In this document: piece after piece, positions 19,950 to 30,048 of the stretch
Layout of the letters: each line of letters starts with the position of its first letter
How positions within the stretch are numbered: the stretch's first letter is position 1
Assembly (NCBI GenBank): GCA_050950825.1
Contig: JBMNIH010000006.1
Span: 32,001 to 96,000, forward strand
DNA length: 64,000 nucleotides
Direction of reading: 5' to 3'
From: Clostridia bacterium
GTDB taxonomy: Bacteria; Bacillota; Clostridia; JAAYHZ01
Position numbers and translations under genes: made by a program
Notes under the pieces: generated by a model
Database searches by the model: none
The model's input: only the letters and a program-made list of their open reading frames with translations
What the model was told of the DNA's origin: nothing

Positions 19950-19980
19950 ATTGACGAATCGTCAATTTTAATGATACTAT
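19950..19980 (+). promoter_or_regulatory. promoter with a palindrome over the -35
   Basis: TTGACG (19951), TG-A-TACTAT (19975); ATTGACGA-A-TCGTCAAT 8-1-8 palindrome. Confidence 0.65.
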
Positions 19981-20122
19981 GAACGTATCGTAGATAATTG
20001 GAGAAATATAACTTTATCAGAAAATACAGGGGGTGGTTCTCTTTCTTTAAATGTAATCGTTTGTGATCATTTCTTCGATTCTTTTTCACTTCATCAAAAA
20101 TTTCAACAAGGAGGAATAGGGC

Positions 20123-23100
20123 ATGAATGTTTTCTCGAAAAGCAGAAGATTTATGAAAATAGGATCCTTCCTGTTTGCAACGGTGTTCCTTATCAACGTT
20201 TTTACTACCGTCGCAATGGCCGATGAACAAAACGTTCCGGAAATACTCGAAGACCTTTCCGCCGAAACGGGTATGACATTGCTTTCGGCAGGGGAGCCGA
20301 ATGCCATACAATGCGGTACCATGACATCCACCAAAGGGTTTGCAAGAAAACCCGTACAGCCGCCCGACTCGGATGAGTATTTCATCAACTTCCACTATAT
20401 GTACCCGACGGGCGCAGGTATGGACGGGTTTGCTCTTTGGGGCTCTTATGATGGAGCGGAATACGATGACCTTCTGCTGTACCAGACCGGCGATCGTATC
20501 GATGCACGCGTAGCCAATAACAGACAGGAATTTGTGGACATTACCCTCGAGCCGGACGTATGGCACAACATATTGATCCACGTGAAGGCGGACGGAACCG
20601 TTTCCTTGTATATAAATGGCGTTCAGGCGAAAATCGGAAATGCATACAGCCAGCCTCAGCTAGGAAACGGCAAGATACAAGCTTTAGGCTATTTCGGAGA
20701 CCTGAGCACCGCCGCTCATAACGGTATGGCCTATTACGACAATATTCGTCTGTTCACAAAAGACGAAATCTTGGTATCCGAAGACTTTAACGGTCCCATC
20801 TCCGACTGGACCTTTTACACAACGGCCTTTTTAGCGAGCCCTTCCGTAAATATCGATATGCCGGTATTTGAATCGCTGGAGATTGTCCCCGAAAAAGGAG
20901 GTTTGATGACGGGAACCGGAACGAAGCTTCACATCAACGGGTATTGGAGCGACGGAACCAAGATTGTTACGGATACGGCCAAATCCGTCATCGTCGAAAG
21001 CGACAATCCGGAGGTTTTGAAGGTACAAGAAGAAAACGGAGAATATTTTGTTCATGCCGTCGGTGTCGGTTCCGCCGTTATCACCGCCAAGGTTCAAATT
21101 CATGATACGGAGCAAACGGCATCCGTGGAAATCGCCGCATCGGACGAGCCTTTCCTTTACGATATCGCCCTTCAAGCGGATAGAACCGTCCTTCTTCCTC
21201 AAGACACGGAAAGAATTTTCGTGTCGGGTCTTTTAACGGACGATACGACGACGGATATCGTTCCGGAAAGCATCACATACATAAGCACCGATCCTTCCGT
21301 CGTATCCGTATATACGGACGAATACGGAATCGTTTACGCAAAGGCGGAAGGAATCGGACAAGCCCGTATTATCGCTCATGCCGTCATCGACGGAAAAGCA
21401 ATGGAAAGCTCGATCCGGTTTTCCGTCGTGGATTTCGCCGGAATTACGCTTTCCGCACCGAAGAACAATCTGTTTATCGGTGATATACAAAAAATTAACG
21501 TTACCGGATATCTTACCGACGGAAGCGAGATCTCCCTTATCAATGCGGATTCGATGGGAGCATACAGTAACAATGAAAATGTCGCCGTCGTTTCCGTTAT
21601 AGACGGCATTCCTACGGTAACCGTAACCGGAGTCGGTACGGCGACCGTTACCGTAGAGGTTACCTTGCGCGGTACCGTCAAAAGCGGACAAATATCCTTT
21701 ACGGGGAATGAAATAACGAATTCCAAAACCCGTAGGACCTACTATAGAGACGACAAGGTGGAAGCGGCAAGAAGAAACGTGGAAATCTACGATTGGGCGC
21801 AATCCGTAAAAGATGCCGCCGTAGCCAAGGCCGATGTTTACGTTAATTTAGGATACGACTTTTTATGGAATTTGGTTACGCCCCAAAGCATACCTCGAAG
21901 CTACGGCGTGAACCAGACCTACGGCTGCCTTAACTGCGGGAACGCCATCGACGCCTTCGGAAACTATCCGTATTTGGCGGATCCCATAAACGACCCGTGG
22001 AAGCTGGAATGCCCAAGCTGCCATATGAAGTTCCCCACCAACGATTTTGCCGCTTACTATGAAAGCGGAAAAGACGAGCACGGCATCTTCCGACCGGAGC
22101 TTGCGGACAGAAGCCTTCTTGTCAATACCTTGTATCCGGAAAAAGGAGAAACCTGGGGAGTGGACGACGGCTTCGGATACGTCCATACCAACGGAAGAAA
22201 GTACACCTTTATCGCCTACTACAACCATTGGCACGTATGGTACGGCGGTATCGTCTCCACGGCGCTGAATAATTTGAGAGATGCCTACATATATACCGGG
22301 GACATGAAATACGCCCGCGCGGGGATTATCCTTTTGGACCGTGTGGCGGACGTCTATCCGGATATGGATATATGGCCTTACAAGATCGCCGACGGCTTTT
22401 TGAACAGCAACGGAAACTCCAACCGAGGAAAAGTGGTGGGAAGCATCTGGGAAACCGGATTGGCCCGTGACTTTTTGAAAGATTACGATGCCTTCTTCCC
22501 TGCCATGGACGACCCCGAGACGATTTCCTTCCTGTCGCAAAAAGCGGATGAATACGGTTTAAGCGTATTGAAGAAAAGCGGAACCGGTATCCGCAGAAAT
22601 ATCGAAGACGGTATCGTAAGGCAAATTTTCCCTGCCGTCAAGGATGCGAAGATACGAGGCAACAACGGAATGCACCAAAGCACCCTTGCCATGGCGGCTG
22701 TTGTTTTGGATACCATGCCGGAGACCAAGGAATGGCTGGATTTTAACTTCCAATCCGGAACGGCGAGCGCAAACGCGGTAACGGGAGGCAACATTCTTGC
22801 TTCCTTTGTCAATGACGTGGACCGCGACGGACACGGAAACGAAGCGGCTCCCGGATATAACCGGTTGTGGTTAGGACAATACATTGAAGTCGCCAACATC
22901 TTGGACGGATACGATTTGTATCCTGCAGCGGACCTTTACGAAAATCCCAAGTTTAAAAAGATGTTCTATTCCATGATATCGGTACTGCTTACCGACAAGT
23001 ACAGCGCCTTGATCGGTGATACCGGATCCACGGGAAATCCCGGTGTTTTCGTTGACATCAACCAGACGATTTTGGCGTTCGAGCGCTACAAAGACCCTCT

Positions 23101-25681
23101 CCTTGCCCAAATCATATACTTTTTAAACGGCAACCGTACGGAAGGCATTCACGGCAACATCTTCTCAAGCAATCCGGACAGCGTGGCAAATGAAATTCAA
23201 GCCGTGATCGATACCTACGGAACATTCAAGCCGGAAAGCGACAATGCAACCGGATACGGTCTGGCGGTTTTAAGAGACGGCGACAACATTACCGTTGATT
23301 TCGGCATCAATTACGAGTTCATTTTGCTTCCCGTTTCGGATTCCTCCAAGGAAGTGAAAAACTTCATGAACAACCGCACGGCGCAGTTGGAAGCCTCCGA
23401 AGTCGGGGATTACGCTTCGTTCTTATTCGAAGTTTTGGAAACGGACCTTTACGAGATGGATCTGAAGCACTTGAAGGCCGGTTCCTACGGCATCTATGAC
23501 GTATACCTTGACGGGGAATACCTATGCCGGATCGACTTTTGCGGAAGCGGTATGACCGTGGAAAAATTGGCCGACAGGATCCTTGAGGCCGGTGTTCATG
23601 AAATCCGCTTCGAATGCGTCGGAAAACTCGACATATCCACCAACTACAAAATGGGCGTTACGAAGCTCTTGCTGTTGGATGAACAAGCACGGTACTTAAA
23701 AGATACGACGGAGGTCGGAGATACCCAAAGAGCCGTGTGGATGTATTACGGCGTCACAAGCGGCCACGGACATGCGGACACATTGAACTTAGGAATCCAC
23801 GGCTTCGGGTTAGACCTGACCCCCGAGTTAGGGTATCCGGAATATGCGGACTCTACGCCCCACCGACTGGAATGGGTCAGCAATACCGTTAGCCATAATA
23901 CGGTGGTTGTTAACAAGTCCAAGCAAGATACGGCAAACAAAGTGGAAGACCCGCTTCATTTCGATGCCGGCGACATGGTGCAGCTGACGGACGTCAATGC
24001 TCCGAAGGCGTATCGGTCGAAAAACGCGGAATACAGGCGTACCTCCGCCATGATCAAGGTGGACTCCAAGAACTTCTACGTGGTGGATTTCTTTAGAGTC
24101 AAAGGCGGAAACGATCATCATTTCAGCTTCCACGGTGCCGAAGGAACCGTAACCGTAGAAGGGCTGAATCTTGTTCCCCAAGCGGATGCCTTCGGCAACT
24201 ACATCGGCACTTACGCAGGACCGGATACGGAATTCGGTATCAGGCCTTCGGATGATACCGGAAACAGCGGGTTCCATTGGCTTATCAATGTTCGAAAGGA
24301 CGATTCTCCGGGAGACGTTTTCAGCGTGGACTGGAACGTAAAAGATACGTGGAACGCTTTGGGGAAAGGATACAATGCACAGACGGACATTCACTTAAGG
24401 CTGACGATGTTAGAGCAAACCGACAGCGTGGCCATCGCCACCGGAATTCCTCCGAGAAACAAGCCCGGAAATCCCTCCGAGTTAGAGTACTTGATCGCTC
24501 ACCGAAGCGGAAGCAACCTAGACAGCCTTTTCACATCGGTCATCGAGCCTTACGAAGGAGAACGATTCATCTCTCATATCGAAAAGGTCTCATTAACCGT
24601 GGACGGTCAACCCTTCGAGGGTAACGACGCAAGAGCCGTGAAGGTGGTATTTACGGACGGAAGAGTCGACTACATCGTGTACTCCTTAAATAACCAAAGA
24701 ATTTATACGGTGGACGGCAAATTCTCGTTCCAAGGCTTCTTCGGCGTATACTCGGAAAGAGACGGAATACCTTACTACAGCTACATCAACGACGGGTATT
24801 TCATCGGCGAATTGACGGAAGCCTCCGTGCCCTCCTATACGGGGACGGTTCTTGACTTTACGAAGTCGTTAAGCCTTGAAAACGATATTACCGTTGCCAT
24901 CGACGGCGAATTCGATCCCGTGCAGCTTATCGGAAGATACATCTACGTGGAAAATGACGGCGTGAGAAACGCCGTGTATCGGATCAAGGGAATCAAAGAA
25001 ATCGTAGGAAACACCGTCGTATTGGATATCGGGGACGTTACTACCGTCCGAAGATGGGTGGACACCAACGACTTTTCCAAAGGCTTCGTCTACGACTTGG
25101 CGGAAGGCCGTCGTTTCACCATACCGTTGTCCAACGAATACCTGTCACCCTTTACGGATGCGTCTTTATCCGTAGACAAGACCGAGTTAATTCGCGGACA
25201 GACGGCGAACGTTTCGGTGGATGCAAGATTCCAATCCGGAGCACCGATTCCCATGGATAAGGCTACGGTGGAAATCATCAGCTCCGACCCGGATGTCATT
25301 CGCGTAAGAAACGGTGTTTTGGAAGGGTTGAACCCCGGAACGGCCAAGATTTATGCGAAAGTAAAATACTTAGGCATCACGGCGGTAACGGAACAAATCG
25401 ATATGACCGTTACCGTAACGGCCGGTACGCTGAACGAAACCGTCGAAGCATTCGTTCAAAGCAACGAGCTTACCATGCCCTTGTCGGTGCAGGTGAGAAA
25501 CAGCCTAAAGCAAGCGGAGCATTTCATTGAAAAAGGAAAGCTTGACAGCGCCATTCATCACTTGGAAAATCTTTTGAAGCACTTGAACAACGAGGCACTG
25601 CAAGAGCATGTCTCGGAAAATGCCAAAAAGACCTTGAATGCGGATGTCAACGGCCTTATTAATCTTTTGAAAGCCCAATAG
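20123..25681 (+). CDS. secreted modular heparinase II/III-like lyase (LamG-like, three Ig-like, lyase with CBM-like insert, Ig-like, FIMAH-like tail)
   Basis: 1852 aa; signal peptide ending AMA; repeated SDNPEV/STDPSV/SNNENV Ig motifs; GNNGMHQ, GHGHAD, TVSHNTVVVN; C-terminal helical module. Confidence 0.82.
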   Translation: MNVFSKSRRFMKIGSFLFATVFLINVFTTVAMADEQNVPEILEDLSAETGMTLLSAGEPNAIQCGTMTSTKGFARKPVQPPDSDEYFINFHYMYPTGAGMDGFALWGSYDGAEYDDLLLYQTGDRIDARVANNRQEFVDITLEPDVWHNILIHVKADGTVSLYINGVQAKIGNAYSQPQLGNGKIQALGYFGDLSTAAHNGMAYYDNIRLFTKDEILVSEDFNGPISDWTFYTTAFLASPSVNIDMPVFESLEIVPEKGGLMTGTGTKLHINGYWSDGTKIVTDTAKSVIVESDNPEVLKVQEENGEYFVHAVGVGSAVITAKVQIHDTEQTASVEIAASDEPFLYDIALQADRTVLLPQDTERIFVSGLLTDDTTTDIVPESITYISTDPSVVSVYTDEYGIVYAKAEGIGQARIIAHAVIDGKAMESSIRFSVVDFAGITLSAPKNNLFIGDIQKINVTGYLTDGSEISLINADSMGAYSNNENVAVVSVIDGIPTVTVTGVGTATVTVEVTLRGTVKSGQISFTGNEITNSKTRRTYYRDDKVEAARRNVEIYDWAQSVKDAAVAKADVYVNLGYDFLWNLVTPQSIPRSYGVNQTYGCLNCGNAIDAFGNYPYLADPINDPWKLECPSCHMKFPTNDFAAYYESGKDEHGIFRPELADRSLLVNTLYPEKGETWGVDDGFGYVHTNGRKYTFIAYYNHWHVWYGGIVSTALNNLRDAYIYTGDMKYARAGIILLDRVADVYPDMDIWPYKIADGFLNSNGNSNRGKVVGSIWETGLARDFLKDYDAFFPAMDDPETISFLSQKADEYGLSVLKKSGTGIRRNIEDGIVRQIFPAVKDAKIRGNNGMHQSTLAMAAVVLDTMPETKEWLDFNFQSGTASANAVTGGNILASFVNDVDRDGHGNEAAPGYNRLWLGQYIEVANILDGYDLYPAADLYENPKFKKMFYSMISVLLTDKYSALIGDTGSTGNPGVFVDINQTILAFERYKDPLLAQIIYFLNGNRTEGIHGNIFSSNPDSVANEIQAVIDTYGTFKPESDNATGYGLAVLRDGDNITVDFGINYEFILLPVSDSSKEVKNFMNNRTAQLEASEVGDYASFLFEVLETDLYEMDLKHLKAGSYGIYDVYLDGEYLCRIDFCGSGMTVEKLADRILEAGVHEIRFECVGKLDISTNYKMGVTKLLLLDEQARYLKDTTEVGDTQRAVWMYYGVTSGHGHADTLNLGIHGFGLDLTPELGYPEYADSTPHRLEWVSNTVSHNTVVVNKSKQDTANKVEDPLHFDAGDMVQLTDVNAPKAYRSKNAEYRRTSAMIKVDSKNFYVVDFFRVKGGNDHHFSFHGAEGTVTVEGLNLVPQADAFGNYIGTYAGPDTEFGIRPSDDTGNSGFHWLINVRKDDSPGDVFSVDWNVKDTWNALGKGYNAQTDIHLRLTMLEQTDSVAIATGIPPRNKPGNPSELEYLIAHRSGSNLDSLFTSVIEPYEGERFISHIEKVSLTVDGQPFEGNDARAVKVVFTDGRVDYIVYSLNNQRIYTVDGKFSFQGFFGVYSERDGIPYYSYINDGYFIGELTEASVPSYTGTVLDFTKSLSLENDITVAIDGEFDPVQLIGRYIYVENDGVRNAVYRIKGIKEIVGNTVVLDIGDVTTVRRWVDTNDFSKGFVYDLAEGRRFTIPLSNEYLSPFTDASLSVDKTELIRGQTANVSVDARFQSGAPIPMDKATVEIISSDPDVIRVRNGVLEGLNPGTAKIYAKVKYLGITAVTEQIDMTVTVTAGTLNETVEAFVQSNELTMPLSVQVRNSLKQAEHFIEKGKLDSAIHHLENLLKHLNNEALQEHVSENAKKTLNADVNGLINLLKAQ

Positions 25682-25705
25682 TAATCCATACTTCCCTATT
25701 TACTC

Positions 25706-25745
25706 GCAGGCTCTGCAGTTTTCGATTGCAGAGCTTGCCTCTTTA
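25706..25745 (+). terminator. intrinsic terminator
   Basis: GCAGGCTCTGCAGT/ATTGCAGAGCTTGC stem. Confidence 0.7.
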
Positions 25746-25889
25746 TTGCCATTAAATTCTAATGCTAACGGATTTCCGCTTTTAAAAATGAAAACCTTAC
25801 GTTACAATTATATTGAAAAGGATGATAAGACCGGTATTGTCATCCGTAACATGCAGCAAGGAGTACTCAATGTAAGCTTGGAGGAGTCA

Positions 25890-27581
25890 ATGAAAAAACG
25901 TATTTACAACAGCATGCTGCTTTTGGCGCTTATAACCCTCTTCATATCCGCCCTTTTGTTTACCGGTGTCGTCTACGGAGATTTTCACCGGCAAATGAAG
26001 AATAAGGTACAAAACGATGCCTACCTTCTTTCCATAGGCTACGACACCGGCGGAAAAGAGTATTTTTTAAAGGCCGCAAGCCAAAAGGATACGGGAAGAA
26101 TCACTTGGGTTGCCGCCGACGGAGCCATCCTGTATGACAGCGTATCGGATCCTGCGAAAATGGACAATCACAAAAACCGTACGGAAGTCATAAAGGCTCT
26201 GCAAAACGGTTCCGGGGAAGCTTTACGCCGTTCCCACACCTTAGGCGTTAAAAATTATTACTACGCTCTTCTGTTGAATGACGGCACGGTCCTTCGGATT
26301 TCCGTCAATGCCGATTCGGCTATGAAGACTCTTTCCAAATTTTCGCTTCACGGTCTCCTTGTATTGCTTCCGACCATTCTCTTAACGCTTTTTTTGGCCG
26401 GCAAATTGTCCGAAAAAATTATCACCCCCATCAACAATCTTAATTTGGACAATCCCATGACTAATGAGGTGTACGACGAATTGTCGCCTTTGCTGACCCG
26501 AATCGACAAGCAAAACGAGCAAATACGGCTCCAAATGGAGACCATAAAAGAAACGCAGGCGGAGTTTTATGCCATTATCGATAACATCGGAGAAGGAATC
26601 ATCATTCTTAATCACACGGGTCATGTTTTGACGATCAATAAGAGGGCGGCTTCCATACTCAACGTGAGCCCCTCCGACAGTATTAACAAACACATTTTAT
26701 CGCTGAGCCGGGATTCGACTTTCCAACGCGTTGTGGAAAGGGCGACGGAAGGACAAAACAGCGACGATGAATTTATAAAAGGAGATTCTACGTACCGACT
26801 TTTAGCCAGCCCGGTACAATCCGAAAATCCCGTGAAAGGCGTCCTTCTTTTTCTGATGGATGTAACGGAGAAACGGAATGCGGAAAAGCTTAGAAGAGAA
26901 TTTTCGGCCAACGTGTCTCACGAATTGAAAACACCGTTAACCGCCATATTAGGCTATGCGGAGCTTTTAAAAAACGGCTTGGTGCAGGAAAAAGACATAC
27001 GGGATTTTTCAGGCCGTATTTACGATGAAGCAAAGCATATGACAAGCCTCATCGACGATATCATCCGCATATCCCGCTTGGACGAAAAGAACGTGAAGAT
27101 ACCTTATGAAAAAGTCGATTTGTTCAAAATTGCAAAAGACGTTACGGGAAGGTTGACTCCTGCGGCGGTAAAGAAAAACGTTCAAATGACGGTTCAGGGG
27201 GACAGGGGAACCGTTTACGGCGTAAAACGGATTTTGGATGAAGTGATCTACAATTTATGCGACAATGCGGTGAAATACAACAAGGAAAACGGTAAAGTGG
27301 ACATTATCATAAAAGAGTCGGAGGATTATGTAACCCTAACCGTACAGGATACCGGGATCGGAATTCCCGAAGAACACCAAAATCGCGTATTTGAGCGTTT
27401 TTACAGAGTGGACAAGTCTCGGTCCCGGGATGCCGGCGGAACGGGTTTGGGATTGGCCATCGTAAAGCACGGTGTGGAATTTCATAACGGGACGATAAAG
27501 CTAAAGAGCGTACCGGGAGAAGGTACGACCATAACAATCCAATTAAAAAGAAACGACCGGGAAGAAAAAAAGAATGAATAA
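25890..27581 (+). CDS. PhoR-like sensor histidine kinase (2 TM, PAS, HisKA, HATPase)
   Basis: FSANVSHELKTPL, NLCDNAVKY, DTGIGIP, FERFYRVDKSRSR, GGTGLGLAIVKH; SD GGAGGAG. Confidence 0.92.
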   Translation: MKKRIYNSMLLLALITLFISALLFTGVVYGDFHRQMKNKVQNDAYLLSIGYDTGGKEYFLKAASQKDTGRITWVAADGAILYDSVSDPAKMDNHKNRTEVIKALQNGSGEALRRSHTLGVKNYYYALLLNDGTVLRISVNADSAMKTLSKFSLHGLLVLLPTILLTLFLAGKLSEKIITPINNLNLDNPMTNEVYDELSPLLTRIDKQNEQIRLQMETIKETQAEFYAIIDNIGEGIIILNHTGHVLTINKRAASILNVSPSDSINKHILSLSRDSTFQRVVERATEGQNSDDEFIKGDSTYRLLASPVQSENPVKGVLLFLMDVTEKRNAEKLRREFSANVSHELKTPLTAILGYAELLKNGLVQEKDIRDFSGRIYDEAKHMTSLIDDIIRISRLDEKNVKIPYEKVDLFKIAKDVTGRLTPAAVKKNVQMTVQGDRGTVYGVKRILDEVIYNLCDNAVKYNKENGKVDIIIKESEDYVTLTVQDTGIGIPEEHQNRVFERFYRVDKSRSRDAGGTGLGLAIVKHGVEFHNGTIKLKSVPGEGTTITIQLKRNDREEKKNE

Positions 27582-27600
27582 ATTCAAGGGAGGTTGCTTT

Positions 27601-28263
27601 TTGAATACCATCAATACGATTTTATTTGATTTGGACGGAACGCTTTTGGACACCTTGGAGGATTTGGCGGACAGTATGAATTACGCGCTGAAATTTTTAC
27701 GCTATCCCGAATTGTCCATTGACCAAGTGCGAAGGTTCGTAGGAAACGGGGTGGGTCGATTGGTAGAGCTTTCTTTGCCGGACGGGAAGAGCAATCCCGA
27801 TTACGAGACATGCTTAAACCTTTTCCGGGACCATTACAACAAGAACATGAAGAACAAAACGAAGCCCTACGAAGGGATCACGGAATTGCTGGAAAAGCTG
27901 TACGGCAAATACCGGATGGCGATCGTATCCAATAAATTCGATAAAGCGGTAAAAGACCTTGCGAAAACCTATTTTCATCCCTTTATCACCGTCGCCATCG
28001 GGGAGTCGGAAGCCATAAAGAAAAAGCCGGCTCCGGATATGGTTCAAAAAGCCTTGGAGGAATTGGGTGCAAAAAAAGAGGAGGCCGTTTATGTAGGGGA
28101 CTCGGAGGTGGACGTGAAAACTTCGTCCAATGCCGGACTGAGGTTTATCGGAGTTTCTTGGGGATTTCGTGAGCCTAAAATTCTTCGCGATCTGGGTGCC
28201 GTAACGGTCATAGACAAGCCCGAGGAGCTTTTGCGTTTAATAGAAAAATTTGAAAATATCTAA
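27601..28263 (+). CDS. HAD-family phosphatase (phosphoglycolate phosphatase-like)
   Basis: FDLDGTLLDT, VSNK, KKPAP, YVGDSEVD; TTG start after GGAGG (alternative start 27574). Confidence 0.9.
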   Translation: MNTINTILFDLDGTLLDTLEDLADSMNYALKFLRYPELSIDQVRRFVGNGVGRLVELSLPDGKSNPDYETCLNLFRDHYNKNMKNKTKPYEGITELLEKLYGKYRMAIVSNKFDKAVKDLAKTYFHPFITVAIGESEAIKKKPAPDMVQKALEELGAKKEEAVYVGDSEVDVKTSSNAGLRFIGVSWGFREPKILRDLGAVTVIDKPEELLRLIEKFENI

Positions 28264-28271
28264 TTTATGTG

Positions 28272-28314
28272 TTGACAAGAGAATAGAGAAATTATAAAAT
28301 TAGAATTAATCTAA
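28272..28314 (+). promoter_or_regulatory. sigmaA promoter with PerR-box-like site
   Basis: TTGACA-17-TAAAAT; TTAGAATTAATCTAA at 28300-28314. Confidence 0.7.
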
Positions 28315-28349
28315 ATTGAAATTTTTGATAGGCGGGTTTCGAAAAGAAA

Positions 28350-28763
28350 ATGAATGAAATTATAATAGAATTGACAAAAAACAATATAAAGCCGTCTATT
28401 CATCGGATAAAAATACTGGAGTATCTTCGGGACAATCGAACTCACCCGACAGTAGACGAGATCTATTTGAATTTGAAAGAAGGATGTCCTACGCTGTCGA
28501 GAGCGACGGTGTATAACACGCTGAGTCTTTTTGTGCAATCGGGAATCGTAAGACCCTTGACCATCGAAGACAGGGAGATTCGATACGATTACAATACGGA
28601 AGATCACGGCCATTTCAAGTGTGAGCAATGCGGTTTTTTAAGCGATTTTGAAGTCAACGTGGCTCAATTGAAGTATGAGGGCTTGGAACACCACGAGATC
28701 ACGAACAAGGATGTGTATTTTAGAGGCGTTTGTAACAAATGCCTTGGGAATAAAAAATCATAA
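28350..28763 (+). CDS. perR: Fur-family repressor, PerR-like
   Basis: HPTVDEIY, SRATVYNTL, HGHFKCEQC, C-terminal CNKC; upstream of SOR and rubrerythrin. Confidence 0.85.
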   Translation: MNEIIIELTKNNIKPSIHRIKILEYLRDNRTHPTVDEIYLNLKEGCPTLSRATVYNTLSLFVQSGIVRPLTIEDREIRYDYNTEDHGHFKCEQCGFLSDFEVNVAQLKYEGLEHHEITNKDVYFRGVCNKCLGNKKS

Positions 28764-28784
28764 GTCATGAAGGAGGATTTGAAA

Positions 28785-29174
28785 ATGGCAAAGGCACAAC
28801 AAAGGTTTTTCATTTGTGAAACCTGTGGAAACATGGTAGGTTTAATTAAAGATTCCGGATCACCTCTTGTTTGCTGCGGCAAAGAAATGAAAGAGATGGT
28901 ACCCAATACCGTAGACGCTTCGAAGGAAAAACATGTTCCCGTAATTTCGGTAGACGGCAATGTCGTAACGGTAACCATCGGCTCGGCTCCCCATCCCATG
29001 ATTGACGCTCACTACATCGAGTGGGTGTATATTCAAACGGAAAAAGGCGGTCAGCGTAAAAACTTATATCCCAATGACAAACCGGAGGCAACCTTTATCC
29101 TCACGGATGACGACAAACTGATTGCGGCGTTTGAATACTGCAATCTGCATGGACTGTGGAAAGCATCGGTTTAA
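28785..29174 (+). CDS. dfx: desulfoferrodoxin / superoxide reductase
   Basis: CETCGN, LVCCG, EKHVP, HPM...HYIEW, CNLHGLW. Confidence 0.95.
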   Translation: MAKAQQRFFICETCGNMVGLIKDSGSPLVCCGKEMKEMVPNTVDASKEKHVPVISVDGNVVTVTIGSAPHPMIDAHYIEWVYIQTEKGGQRKNLYPNDKPEATFILTDDDKLIAAFEYCNLHGLWKASV

Positions 29175-29210
29175 ACCGATCATATATTCAAAGAAAAGGA
29201 GAGTAATTGA

Positions 29211-29870
29211 ATGAAGTATCGTTGTACCATATGCGGATATATTCACACCGGAGATTTGCCGGAAGGCTTTGTATGTCCTAAATGCAAAGCACCGGCTTCC
29301 AAGTTTGCTCCGATTGTTGAAAACGAAAAGAAGGCCAATCGCTATGCCGGCACAAAAACCGAACAAAACTTAAGAGATGCTTTTGCAGGGGAAAGCCAAG
29401 CCCGCAATAAATATACCTACTTTGCGGAAATTGCACAAAGAGAAGGCTATGAGCAATTGGCGGAAATCTTTTTAAAGACGGCAAGAAACGAGCAGGAGCA
29501 TGCCCGTCTCTGGTTTGATGAGTTAGGCGGAATCGGTGATACCGCACAAAATCTTAAGGAAGCCGCAGCCGGCGAACACTATGAATGGACCGAAATGTAT
29601 GCCGACTTCGCAAAAATAGCGGAAGAAGAAGGTTTTCCCGATTTGGCGGCAAAATTCCGTAAGGTTGCGGATATTGAAAAATCCCACGAAGAACGTTATC
29701 TCAAGCTTTTAAACAACGTGGAAACAAAACGAGTTTTCAATAAAGACGAAGAATCCGTGTGGGAATGCCGTATATGCGGAAACCTGGTCGTTGGCAAGCA
29801 TGCTCCGAATGTTTGCCCGGTATGCAAATACGCCCAAAGCTTCTTTGAATTGCGGAAAGAAAACTATTAA
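29211..29870 (+). CDS. rbr: rubrerythrin with an extra N-terminal rubredoxin-like domain
   Basis: CTIC/CPKC; GESQARNKY; EQEH, EKSH; C-terminal CRIC/CPVC. Confidence 0.92.
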   Translation: MKYRCTICGYIHTGDLPEGFVCPKCKAPASKFAPIVENEKKANRYAGTKTEQNLRDAFAGESQARNKYTYFAEIAQREGYEQLAEIFLKTARNEQEHARLWFDELGGIGDTAQNLKEAAAGEHYEWTEMYADFAKIAEEEGFPDLAAKFRKVADIEKSHEERYLKLLNNVETKRVFNKDEESVWECRICGNLVVGKHAPNVCPVCKYAQSFFELRKENY

Positions 29871-29917
29871 TAAGAATTCACTCTATCAATAAAGTTTAGT
29901 TCCCAAAACCCTGATCT

Positions 29918-29952
29918 TAGGCAGACGAGAAAATGTCTGCCTATTATTTTTA
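29918..29952 (+). terminator. intrinsic terminator
   Basis: TAGGCAGAC/GTCTGCCTA stem plus U-rich tail. Confidence 0.75.
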
Positions 29953-30048
29953 TTTCTTCATAATGTCCCGATCCTTTTGTTGTCTTTATATCCCTGCCGT
30001 GATAAAATTCGGATAAAATATAATACCGTTTTTCCGGAGGTTACCAAG

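Noticed and set aside
25786-25805. cre-like site TGAAAACCTTAC before the kinase
   Set aside because: Lacks the central CG and terminal CA; likely chance in AT-rich DNA
25746-25889. N-terminal extensions in the ORF track (also 11206, 12291, 15221, 29977, 36430, 47484, 55009)
   Set aside because: Downstream starts have clear SDs and match family N-termini
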